Origin: an uncultured Candidatus Saccharibacteria bacterium | GTDB taxonomy: Bacteria; Patescibacteriota; Minisyncoccia; UBA6257; UBA9933 | DNA: 40,524 nucleotides | Reading direction: 5' to 3' | Assembly (NCBI GenBank): GCA_964367055.1 | Contig: CAYIWD010000002.1 | Coordinates: 1-40,524 of the forward strand | Part shown: piece after piece, positions 1 through 7,378 of the stretch | Numbering within the stretch: position 1 is the first letter of the stretch | Layout: every line of letters begins with the position of its first letter | Made by a program: the position numbers and the translations under genes | The notes under the pieces: generated by a model | Databases searched by the model: none | Seen by the model: the letters and a program-made list of their open reading frames with translations, nothing else | What the model was told of the DNA's origin: nothing

Positions 1-2
1 AT

Positions 3-3000
3 TACTGGTCCCGTCTTTCCACTAAATCCGTTGAATACGGCGCTGGCCTAATTAATCTTTTCCTTCAACAAGCCGAGGCCGCGAAAAATAATTCTGATGT
101 CAGCCAAACGCAACCAAAATCATTTCTCTCTCAAGTAATTGACGTTGTGACAAATTTTTTCTCTGATATTTTTGGCAATAACCAAAATCTTCAGCCAGTG
201 GCTCAAATTACTCTAGATACTCAAAATACCGACCAGTCGAATCAGACACAAACAACAAATCAACAAACAAACCAAATAACGCAAACAACCCAGAAACCAA
301 AAACTACCGAACAACAAACGATTTCAAACAAGCAATCGATTGACAACCAAGACGAAAATCTCCAACCAGACCAGCTAATTCAAGACGAAAAACAAATAGA
401 CGAAGAACAGACAAACGACCAACAGCAAACACAGCTAACCCAAGCCGTATCCGCAGCTAAACAATGTTCTTTTGCTACCACTCAACCCCCTTCGCATCAA
501 GGAGTTATTATTAACGAAGTAGCTTGGATGGGCACAACTGATGATGCCAATAACGAATGGATTGAATTGAAAAATATTTCGGTAACCGAAACTGATATTA
601 CTAACTGGCAATTAATTGATAAAGGTGAGCAAATAAAAATAATTTTTGCTTCCATTAATGGAAGCAAAAATATCCAGTCAAACCAGTTTATTTTATTAGA
701 ACGCACCGACGATAATTCGGTTCCAAATATTACCGCTGACTTAATTTATACCGGCGCTCTTTCCAATACTGACGAAGGACTGCGGCTTTTTGACGGGCAA
801 TGTAATTTAATTGATGAGACACTGGCTAATCCAAATTGGCCAGCTGGTAACAATACTTCAGCTACTGAAAGAAAAACAATGGAACGCGACGCGAGTGGCT
901 TTAATTGGCACACTGCAAGCGTCATTAATGGCACGCCGAAAAAAGAAAATTCAACAGCAACAACTTATTCTGGCGGAGGCGGAAGTAGTGGAGGGCAAAC
1001 ATCAAATAATCCTTCGGCAGGCTCAGGGCAAGTAAAAATTTTAATTAATGAAATTCAAATTGCTCCTACGAGCGACAGATTTATAGAGCTTTATAATCCC
1101 AACGACTCGACAATAAATCTTACAAATTACTATATTCAAAGAAAAACCCAAACTGGCAGTAGTTTTTCGTCTTTGGTTTCAAAGACATATTTTGAAAATA
1201 AAATAATTCTTAGCCGCGGCTATTTCTTAATCTCCCGCAGCGTTTTGGCAAACACTGATATTGTTTTAGATAATTTGACCCTAACCGAATCAAACACGAT
1301 TCAAATTAAAAATTCCGATGGCGAAATAATTGATAAGGTTGGCTGGGGCCAGGCGAATGACTGCGAAGGTTCTTGCGCAATTGGTCCGCCTATAAACCAA
1401 AGTATCCAAAGAAAATTCCAAAATAATACTTTTGTTGACACAGATAATAACGCGCAGGACTTCGAAATTCAAACTTGTCCAAGCCCCAAAGCCCAATCTC
1501 AAAACTGCCAAGAAGCCCAAGCGCCAACGAACTACGTTGGCGCTAATCATATTGTTATCAGTGAAATTGAAGTTAAAGGAAACGCCGCTGGTGATGAATT
1601 TATTGAGCTTTATAATCCAGCAAATTCATCAATTTCATTAGACGGTTATTCAATTCAGTATTTAAGCGGCTCAGCCACTTCAACCGCTAAGATTATAAAG
1701 AAAAATTTTAACAGTTTATACCAAATAGCGGGGAAGAGTTTTTTTCTTTTGGTAAATTCTAACGCTACTTCATCGTTAAAAGATAAAGCCGATATGACTT
1801 ACGCTAGTTTTTCTTTGTCCGGCAATTCTAGTGGCGCTACGATTTTTTTAGTCGGTACAACAACGGCTATTTCCAATCTTGATGATTTACTAATTATAGA
1901 TAGCTTGTCTTATGGAAATCCTGTTTTAATTGTCAGTAGTGCTATTCCAACTGTTCCAGATGCCAATAAAAGCTTAGAGAGAAAAGCCACCCCTATATCA
2001 ACCGCCGATTCAATGATTTCTGGAGAACATCAATTTTTGGGCAATGGTTATGATTCAGATAACCCAGACAACTTTATTTTAAGAGACTTATCAGAACCGC
2101 AGAATTCTTTAAGTTTTCCTGAGCCGAGAAATGCGCCGACCGAGCCGGAAGATTTTAATGTTTCTTATAGTTCTTCAACTTTACAATTAAATCTTAACTG
2201 GCAGCCCTCCCAAGATTTTTCCGGCGCCACCTCCAGTGTCGTTTATAAAATTATCGATATTAGCGCCACTTCAACAATTTTAGCGATTACAACATCTACA
2301 ACGTTTACAGCCGCTATTAATGAAGTCGGCCGCGACTATCAATTTTTTATTCAAGCGTTTGATAAAGATGGTTTGGGTTCGGAAATAAATACCTTATCAA
2401 TTTCCGTGCCAAGTTTTCTTTCCGGCTTGTATTTTTATACTGACCCGCGAGATAACAATAAAAATTTAATTGAAGCGTATTATAATAACTATCCTTTTGT
2501 GCCAGATTTATTCGGCCAAAATAAGTGGGCGCTTATTGTTTTTAATCTTGATAGCGACGCTAAAGATAATTTAGATAATAATTTATGGCAGCCGAATGAT
2601 TTAGCCAATGTTTTAAGAATAAAATACAATAATTGCGTCGGCGGATTAACGCCCCGATATTCTTTGATTCTGCCTAATTCGCAAAATTATTGCGGTACTT
2701 CTGGCGGCGCTTTTAATTCAGCTTTTGCTTTCAGCCAATTAGAAGATAACCATTTTATTATTGAACTCGCCAGTTCAAGCCAAGAAATGAATTTTACTGA
2801 AAACGATTTTACCACTGCGGTTTTTTACACGACTTATTCAGTGCAGACAATGGACGGCAGAGCGCCTTCTTTTCAATTAGCGGCAATTGATAAAACAAAG
2901 TATTATTTTGGCAATCTGTCGACTCAGGAGCCGCCAAAACTTAACGGTTCAATTAATCTCAATTTTGATTCACAGAATTCACGGCTATATCTTAACTGGC

Positions 3001-3746
3001 CCAAAGCCACTGATTCCGATACCTTGGACTATCTTTTGACTTACGAAATAAAATACAATGATTCAGATGAGTGGCAATTACTGACTAGCGCTACCAGCAC
3101 CTCAAAATTTGTCTCGCCCGGCGATAATTTACAAATTAGTTTAAGAGCTAAAGATGATTTTAATAATTACTCCTCTCCAACTTTAACCGTTAATTGGTCT
3201 TATCCAGAGACAAACTTTTGCCTAAGCCAAACCGAAGCCAATAACTGGAGTTATACTTTTGGCCAAAAAGACGGCACCGAAGCAGCGGATGTCAATTTAC
3301 AAAGCATTGCAGCACAAGAAGATTTTCAATTTAACAAAGTGGTTTTAAAAATCCGCCAAACGCAAGCGAACAATGACGCCAATTTAAAACTTTCGGTTTA
3401 CGCTAGTAATAGTTCAGGCCAACCAGATTTTACAAATCAATTAGATTCTACAATAATTTCTAATGTTTTTAATCCGGGTGAAAATCAAGACATAACTTTT
3501 AGTTTCGCAAATCCGATTTCTCTTAGCGCTGGTAATAAATATTGGTTGGTTTTAGAAGTGGATAATTATAATTCTACCAACAGTTATAATGCCTGGCATA
3601 GTAATTCTTGGCAAAATGCCACAGCTGACGATGTTTATTCAGGAGGCGAGGCCGGAAAAATTCAAAAAAACTGGGACTCGTCTTATAGTAGTTTCAGCGC
3701 AATATCAGACCAAGATTGGTATATGAAAATCGGGCTGGGGTTGTAA
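3..3746 (+). CDS. Large secreted/surface protein with three lamin-tail-domain (LTD)-like modules plus FN3-like repeats; 5' end lies outside the window
   Basis: Frame 3 has no stop from nt 3 to the GTG at 147, so the true start is upstream. Three modules match the LTD-type signature (VIINEVAWMG..NEWIELKN; ILINEIQIAP..DRFIELYNP; IVISEIEVKG..DEFIELYNP). There is a Q/T/N low-complexity tract at nt ~220-460. Later FN3-like repeats are present (LNLNWQPS.., LYLNWPKATDSD..YEIKY). Confidence 0.75.
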   Translation, partial: YWSRLSTKSVEYGAGLINLFLQQAEAAKNNSDVSQTQPKSFLSQVIDVVTNFFSDIFGNNQNLQPVAQITLDTQNTDQSNQTQTTNQQTNQITQTTQKPKTTEQQTISNKQSIDNQDENLQPDQLIQDEKQIDEEQTNDQQQTQLTQAVSAAKQCSFATTQPPSHQGVIINEVAWMGTTDDANNEWIELKNISVTETDITNWQLIDKGEQIKIIFASINGSKNIQSNQFILLERTDDNSVPNITADLIYTGALSNTDEGLRLFDGQCNLIDETLANPNWPAGNNTSATERKTMERDASGFNWHTASVINGTPKKENSTATTYSGGGGSSGGQTSNNPSAGSGQVKILINEIQIAPTSDRFIELYNPNDSTINLTNYYIQRKTQTGSSFSSLVSKTYFENKIILSRGYFLISRSVLANTDIVLDNLTLTESNTIQIKNSDGEIIDKVGWGQANDCEGSCAIGPPINQSIQRKFQNNTFVDTDNNAQDFEIQTCPSPKAQSQNCQEAQAPTNYVGANHIVISEIEVKGNAAGDEFIELYNPANSSISLDGYSIQYLSGSATSTAKIIKKNFNSLYQIAGKSFFLLVNSNATSSLKDKADMTYASFSLSGNSSGATIFLVGTTTAISNLDDLLIIDSLSYGNPVLIVSSAIPTVPDANKSLERKATPISTADSMISGEHQFLGNGYDSDNPDNFILRDLSEPQNSLSFPEPRNAPTEPEDFNVSYSSSTLQLNLNWQPSQDFSGATSSVVYKIIDISATSTILAITTSTTFTAAINEVGRDYQFFIQAFDKDGLGSEINTLSISVPSFLSGLYFYTDPRDNNKNLIEAYYNNYPFVPDLFGQNKWALIVFNLDSDAKDNLDNNLWQPNDLANVLRIKYNNCVGGLTPRYSLILPNSQNYCGTSGGAFNSAFAFSQLEDNHFIIELASSSQEMNFTENDFTTAVFYTTYSVQTMDGRAPSFQLAAIDKTKYYFGNLSTQEPPKLNGSINLNFDSQNSRLYLNWPKATDSDTLDYLLTYEIKYNDSDEWQLLTSATSTSKFVSPGDNLQISLRAKDDFNNYSSPTLTVNWSYPETNFCLSQTEANNWSYTFGQKDGTEAADVNLQSIAAQEDFQFNKVVLKIRQTQANNDANLKLSVYASNSSGQPDFTNQLDSTIISNVFNPGENQDITFSFANPISLSAGNKYWLVLEVDNYNSTNSYNAWHSNSWQNATADDVYSGGEAGKIQKNWDSSYSSFSAISDQDWYMKIGLGL

Positions 3747-3760
3747 AATTATTTTAAAAA

Positions 3761-3788
3761 CAAAAAGGGCTGTCATAATGACCAGCCC
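3761..3788 (-). terminator. Hairpin plus U-run terminator for the minus-strand small-ORF operon (may also stop the convergent LTD gene)
   Basis: GGGCTG..CAGCCC stem at 3767-3788. On the minus strand it is followed by TTTTTGTTTTT. It sits between convergent genes. Confidence 0.5.
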
Positions 3789-3805
3789 CGTAGCATAGCT
3801 TCGCG

Positions 3806-4069
3806 CTATTTCTCTTCCCAGCTTATTTTTTCTATAAGCTCCCGGAGGAATCTCCACGCTCTCGCCTCGTCCCCCACCGGAGACAACATCAATACAAATC
3901 GTTTAAGCCGCGAGATAATCTCGCCTTTTTTCTCCTTAGGCAACTCCGAAAGCACGAGTATTTCGCCCAGCTCTCGAAGTTCATGTTCTGCCCCTCGCGA
4001 TATAATAACACAGGGTACCCTCAATTCCATCTTATCAAGAACAACTTCATGAAATGGTTTTTTTGACAT
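3806..4069 (-). CDS. Hypothetical small protein (87 aa), third gene of the GC-rich cassette
   Basis: ATG at 4069 lies 6 nt after a perfect SD AAGGAGGTG (revcomp of 4076-4084). The track start (GTG at 4078) lies inside that SD. No family recognised. Confidence 0.6.
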   Translation of the reverse strand: MSKKPFHEVVLDKMELRVPCVIISRGAEHELRELGEILVLSELPKEKKGEIISRLKRFVLMLSPVGDEARAWRFLRELIEKISWEEK

Positions 4070-4084
4070 ATCTGCCACCTCCTT

Positions 4085-4303
4085 TTATGTGTTTGTCGCC
4101 TTTTCTCCTTTGGGCTCGGGCTCAAACTGTACCGCTAAATATTGAGCCTTCAACTCAGAGAAATCTGACAATTCCTGAATGGTAAGATACCAATCGCCGT
4201 CATACCAGACCCGGTTAATCGTATAGATTGGACCCTCTACTAGCTTAGGACTGCCGTAGCGCTTGGGATAAGCAGTCTTACCTTCTTTAACCCTCATTTT
4301 CAT
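4085..4303 (-). CDS. Hypothetical small protein (~72 aa), second gene of the cassette; start uncertain (4297, 4303 or 4348)
   Basis: An ORF is present. ATGAAAATG at 4295-4303 overlaps the stop of the upstream ORF (ATGAAAATGAGGGTTAA), suggesting translational coupling. Its TAA stop directly abuts the SD of the next gene. Confidence 0.5.
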   Translation of the reverse strand: MKMRVKEGKTAYPKRYGSPKLVEGPIYTINRVWYDGDWYLTIQELSDFSELKAQYLAVQFEPEPKGEKATNT

Positions 4304-4511
4304 CCCACGGGAAAAAGCAGGTGGCTTTTGGGCCATCCAGCCTGGCAAGAACCGCGCCCTTAAGATAGTTCATCTGAACTATATCAGCGCCTGCCGAGGG
4401 GTCAATACAAAGGCCAGAATTAGCAATACCAGCCCTTGCGCACGCCTTTATGAATCTGTCCACTAATTCACTGTTTGATGCCTCGTACGCTGTCTTTGGT
4501 TCTGCTTCCAT
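4287..4511 (-). CDS. Hypothetical small protein (74 aa), first gene of the cassette
   Basis: The ORF is preceded by a very strong SD GGAGGAAGGAGGA (revcomp of ~4517-4530). A promoter-like TTTACA-17-TACTCT lies at 4562-4590 on the minus strand. Confidence 0.6.
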   Translation of the reverse strand: MEAEPKTAYEASNSELVDRFIKACARAGIANSGLCIDPSAGADIVQMNYLKGAVLARLDGPKATCFFPWDENEG

Positions 4512-4561
4512 AATATCCTCCTTCCTCCATATAGAATTTTTATTAATTTATTGCTGGATAA

Positions 4562-4590
4562 AGAGTAGCACACTTCTATTGTTTTGTAAA
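4562..4590 (-). promoter_or_regulatory. Putative sigma70-type promoter of the three-gene cassette
   Basis: On the minus strand, TTTACA (4585-4590), a 17-nt spacer, then TACTCT (4562-4567). It lies just downstream of a terminator-like hairpin. Confidence 0.35.
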
Positions 4591-4627
4591 TAAAAGCGGC
4601 TCGCCCATAAATGTAAGAACGAACCGC
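4587..4627 (-). terminator. Putative terminator after the zinc-ribbon mini-ORF
   Basis: Stem GCGGTTCG/CGAGCCGC (4596-4603 with 4620-4627; one G-U pair). It is followed on the minus strand by TTTTATTT. Confidence 0.4.
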
Positions 4628-4657
4628 GGATGAAATTAATAATTCCGTATAGTAATC

Positions 4658-4831
4658 TTACCTTCTCAATTCCTTCGGCTTGTTGATAAACCGAAGGGCA
4701 ATCTTTTTCAGCTGGAACCTACGAGGTTGCGCTTTAGGAATAGTTTCAACCCTTACCCTTCTGAATCCATTTTCGCACCGATAACAACCGCTGCCTCCGC
4801 ACGACCAACACGTTTCTAAAATTTCTGCCAT
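4658..4831 (-). CDS. 57-aa zinc-ribbon mini-protein with a DnaJ-type CxxCxGxG motif (not in the ORF track)
   Basis: Hand translation gives MAEILETCWSCGGSGCYRCENGFRRVRVETIPKAQPRRFQLKKIALRFINKPKELRR. The ATG at 4829-4831 is preceded by SD GGAGAGGAGGGG. Motifs CWSCGGSG and CYRC are present. Confidence 0.55.
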   Translation of the reverse strand: MAEILETCWSCGGSGCYRCENGFRRVRVETIPKAQPRRFQLKKIALRFINKPKELRR

Positions 4832-4873
4832 AAATTTCCCCTCCTCTCCTTGTAAAAAATGTCAAAGTGCTGT

Positions 4874-5920
4874 TTAAACCAACCCGGATTGAGCGACCGA
4901 ATACATCGGCTGATTTTTTTCTATAAAACTTTTGATGTTTTCCAAATCCATGGCTAAAATCTGCCTAAGCGCTTCTTGGGTGTTAAAAGCATTGTGAGGA
5001 GTGATAATCACATTAGGCATATCAATCAAAACATGATTGGCTAAAATAGTCCGTAAATTATGCTCTTCAGGATGGCCATAGAGAACAAGCTGTTTTTCAT
5101 CTTTAATCGCTCCCTCTTCTTCTAAAACATCTAAACCAACACCAGCTAAAATTCCTTCGTTTAATCCCCTAACTAAAGCGTTGGTTTCAACTATCGCGCC
5201 TCGCGAGGTGTTAATTAGTAGCGCGCCTTTTTTAATTTTAGAAATATTTTGCGAATTGATTAAATAATGAGTGGACGTCCGCCCTGAGCTTGTCGAAGGG
5301 TAAATATACGGCACGTGAAGAGAAATAATATCCGACTGGGCCAATAAATCATCTAAGGCTAAATACTTAAAACCCATTTCTTTGGCAAAATTTTCATCGG
5401 GCTGAATATCAAAAGCCAATATTTTCATACTAAAACCCTTGGCAATTTTAATCATACAGCGGCCAATTCTGCCGGTGCCTATAATGCCGATTGTTTTGCC
5501 TTTTAAATCAAAGCCGCGCATACCTTCAAGGGAAAAGCTGCCGGTTTTTCTGATTTGGTCAAAAGAAGCGTAAATTTTCCGCGAAAGATTCAGAATTAAG
5601 CCAAAAGCAAATTCCGCCACGGTATTTTCGCCGTAGCCCGGCACATAAGCCACGGAAATATTTTTCTCTTTAGCGTCCGCAATATCAATGTGGTCAAAGC
5701 CGGTGGAGCGAGTGGTAATTAACTTCAAATTGGGAAAAGCGTTAATAACCTTTTTATCAATGTTTGAGCCGACAAAAACGGAAATAATTTCAAAATCTCT
5801 CTGTTGTGGCAGATTATCTTTATCTAATTTTTCTTTAGTAAAAAATAATTCAGCTGAAGCCAGCTGATTTTTAAAATAGTCAATTTCCCAATCTTCAATT
5901 TCAAAAAAACCTATTTTCAT
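4874..5920 (-). CDS. D-isomer-specific 2-hydroxyacid dehydrogenase (D-lactate dehydrogenase-like)
   Basis: Rossmann motif GIIGTGRIGR is present, along with the catalytic-region pattern LHVP..THYLIN..INTSRGAIV and ITPHNAF. It carries an in-frame GC-rich insert (see findings). Confidence 0.85.
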   Translation of the reverse strand: MKIGFFEIEDWEIDYFKNQLASAELFFTKEKLDKDNLPQQRDFEIISVFVGSNIDKKVINAFPNLKLITTRSTGFDHIDIADAKEKNISVAYVPGYGENTVAEFAFGLILNLSRKIYASFDQIRKTGSFSLEGMRGFDLKGKTIGIIGTGRIGRCMIKIAKGFSMKILAFDIQPDENFAKEMGFKYLALDDLLAQSDIISLHVPYIYPSTSSGRTSTHYLINSQNISKIKKGALLINTSRGAIVETNALVRGLNEGILAGVGLDVLEEEGAIKDEKQLVLYGHPEEHNLRTILANHVLIDMPNVIITPHNAFNTQEALRQILAMDLENIKSFIEKNQPMYSVAQSGLV

Positions 5921-6609
5921 TTTATAAATTTAAAGCTGGAAAGAATTTTAGCCATATCCGCTCCGCTAATTTCGCTAAAGTCGGCGCCATAAAATATTAA
6001 AGAAATATTTTTCTCGGCTATTGTATAAACTGTCGCTTCTAGAAAAGACGCAATTCTGCCTTTGGGGCTGAATAATTTTTGCACTTCATAGCCACCTATC
6101 ATCACTTTTCCCATATCATCTAACGTCAATGACTTAAACGCGCTTTGCAACTGATTACTATCTTTAAAAACAGAAACATTAAAAACTATTTTTTGGCCTG
6201 CTGTGGTTTTATCAGCTAACGGATTCTCAAAAGAAATTGAATAAAGATAAGATTCTGCGAGCTGCGGATTTTCAATGATTTTTAAAGTAGGCGGGTAGTT
6301 TACTGAAAAGCCATATTCTTTGTTTTGATAAGTTTTCCAGTTTGCGGTGAGCGTAGTCGAACTATTGGAAATTTTAGAAGTTGAACTTGAGGCTACGGCC
6401 GGAGATGGGCAAGCCGCAAATTCGCAATTAGGGCCGGTGCGGCCGACGTAAGAGCCATCAGGACACTCCTTGGCTTCTTGAGTACAAGCAACGGGCATAA
6501 TCGACGTTGTCTTAGATTTCCAATACCAAACTCCAGCAGCAGCGGCTAAAACTCCGCCGATTATCAAAATTATCGCAATTGGCGCGAGACCTTTTTGTCT
6601 GTAAGACAT
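5917..6609 (-). CDS. N-terminally membrane-anchored extracytoplasmic protein, paralog family A (with 14179-14799 and 23788-24537)
   Basis: Shares the anchor KGLAPIAIILIIGGVL, the motif TANWKTYQNKEYGFSVNYP and the C-terminal ILSSFKFIK with the 23788 protein. A 4-nt ATGA overlap links it to the downstream gene. Confidence 0.7.
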   Translation of the reverse strand: MSYRQKGLAPIAIILIIGGVLAAAAGVWYWKSKTTSIMPVACTQEAKECPDGSYVGRTGPNCEFAACPSPAVASSSTSKISNSSTTLTANWKTYQNKEYGFSVNYPPTLKIIENPQLAESYLYSISFENPLADKTTAGQKIVFNVSVFKDSNQLQSAFKSLTLDDMGKVMIGGYEVQKLFSPKGRIASFLEATVYTIAEKNISLIFYGADFSEISGADMAKILSSFKFIK

Positions 6610-6655
6610 ATTTTAGGATAATTCGCATGTGCCTATTCGCTAAGGCTTTCGCATA

Positions 6656-7258
6656 CTATTTCTTAGTTCTAATAATTTCATCCACCAAGCCATATTCTTT
6701 TGCTTCGTGCGCTGTTAACCAGAAATCCCTATCAGTGTCTTTTTCGATTTTAGAAAGCGGCTGGGAAGTGTGTTTGGCTAAAATTTGATTCAAGCGGTCT
6801 TTGATTTTAATAATATGCTTGGCGCTGATTTCAATTTCAACGGCTGGCGCCATCCCCTCGCTACCACCCATTACCTGATGAAGCAAAACTTCGGAATTCG
6901 GCAGAGTAAATCTTTTGCCTTTAGCGCCTGCGGCTAAAAGCACTGCGCCCATTGAAGCGGCGATGCCGACGCAAATCGTAGAAACATCTGGCTTGATATG
7001 TTGCATTGTGTCATAAATAGCCAAACCGCCAGTCACTACTCCGCCGGGCGTATTTAAGTAAAGCTTAATGTCTTTTTTGGGGTCTTCGTGCTCTAAGAAA
7101 AGCAACTGTGCAATAACCGCATTAGCCACTCCATCGCTAATCGGGCCGCCAATAAAAATTATCCGCTCTTTGAGCAAGCGCGAGTAAATATCATAAGCCC
7201 TTTCGCCGAATTGAGATTTTTCAATAACCGTTGGAATTAAATATTGGTCGTGTTCCAT
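6656..7258 (-). CDS. clpP: ATP-dependent Clp protease proteolytic subunit
   Basis: [23 protein letters not shown] and [14 protein letters not shown] (active-site Ser) are present, with the HQVMGG His region. Confidence 0.95.
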   Translation of the reverse strand: MEHDQYLIPTVIEKSQFGERAYDIYSRLLKERIIFIGGPISDGVANAVIAQLLFLEHEDPKKDIKLYLNTPGGVVTGGLAIYDTMQHIKPDVSTICVGIAASMGAVLLAAGAKGKRFTLPNSEVLLHQVMGGSEGMAPAVEIEISAKHIIKIKDRLNQILAKHTSQPLSKIEKDTDRDFWLTAHEAKEYGLVDEIIRTKK

Positions 7259-7275
7259 AAGCTTCGCTTTATGAG

Positions 7276-7356
7276 ATACTAATATACTAATTCATGCGAA
7301 TGATACTAATGGATACGAATTCGTATTTATTCGTATCATTAGTATGCATTCGTATA
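7276..7356. promoter_or_regulatory. Array of octamer repeats and nested palindromes in the clpP upstream region
   Basis: ATACTAAT occurs three times (7276, 7284, 7303) plus one inverted copy. ATTCGTAT occurs three times (7319, 7329, 7348). A perfect 14-bp palindrome ATACGAATTCGTAT lies at 7313-7326. Confidence 0.4.
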
Positions 7357-7378
7357 TTGGTATCGCATTTATTATATC

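Noticed and set aside
497-1641. Five ORFs of 62-86 aa in the track (497-706, 746-934, 811-1035, 1290-1550, 1432-1641) inside or antisense to the LTD gene
   Set aside because: They are fully nested in a 1200-aa ORF with clear domain motifs. They lack start signals and have low-complexity or odd composition, so I treat them as frame shadows.
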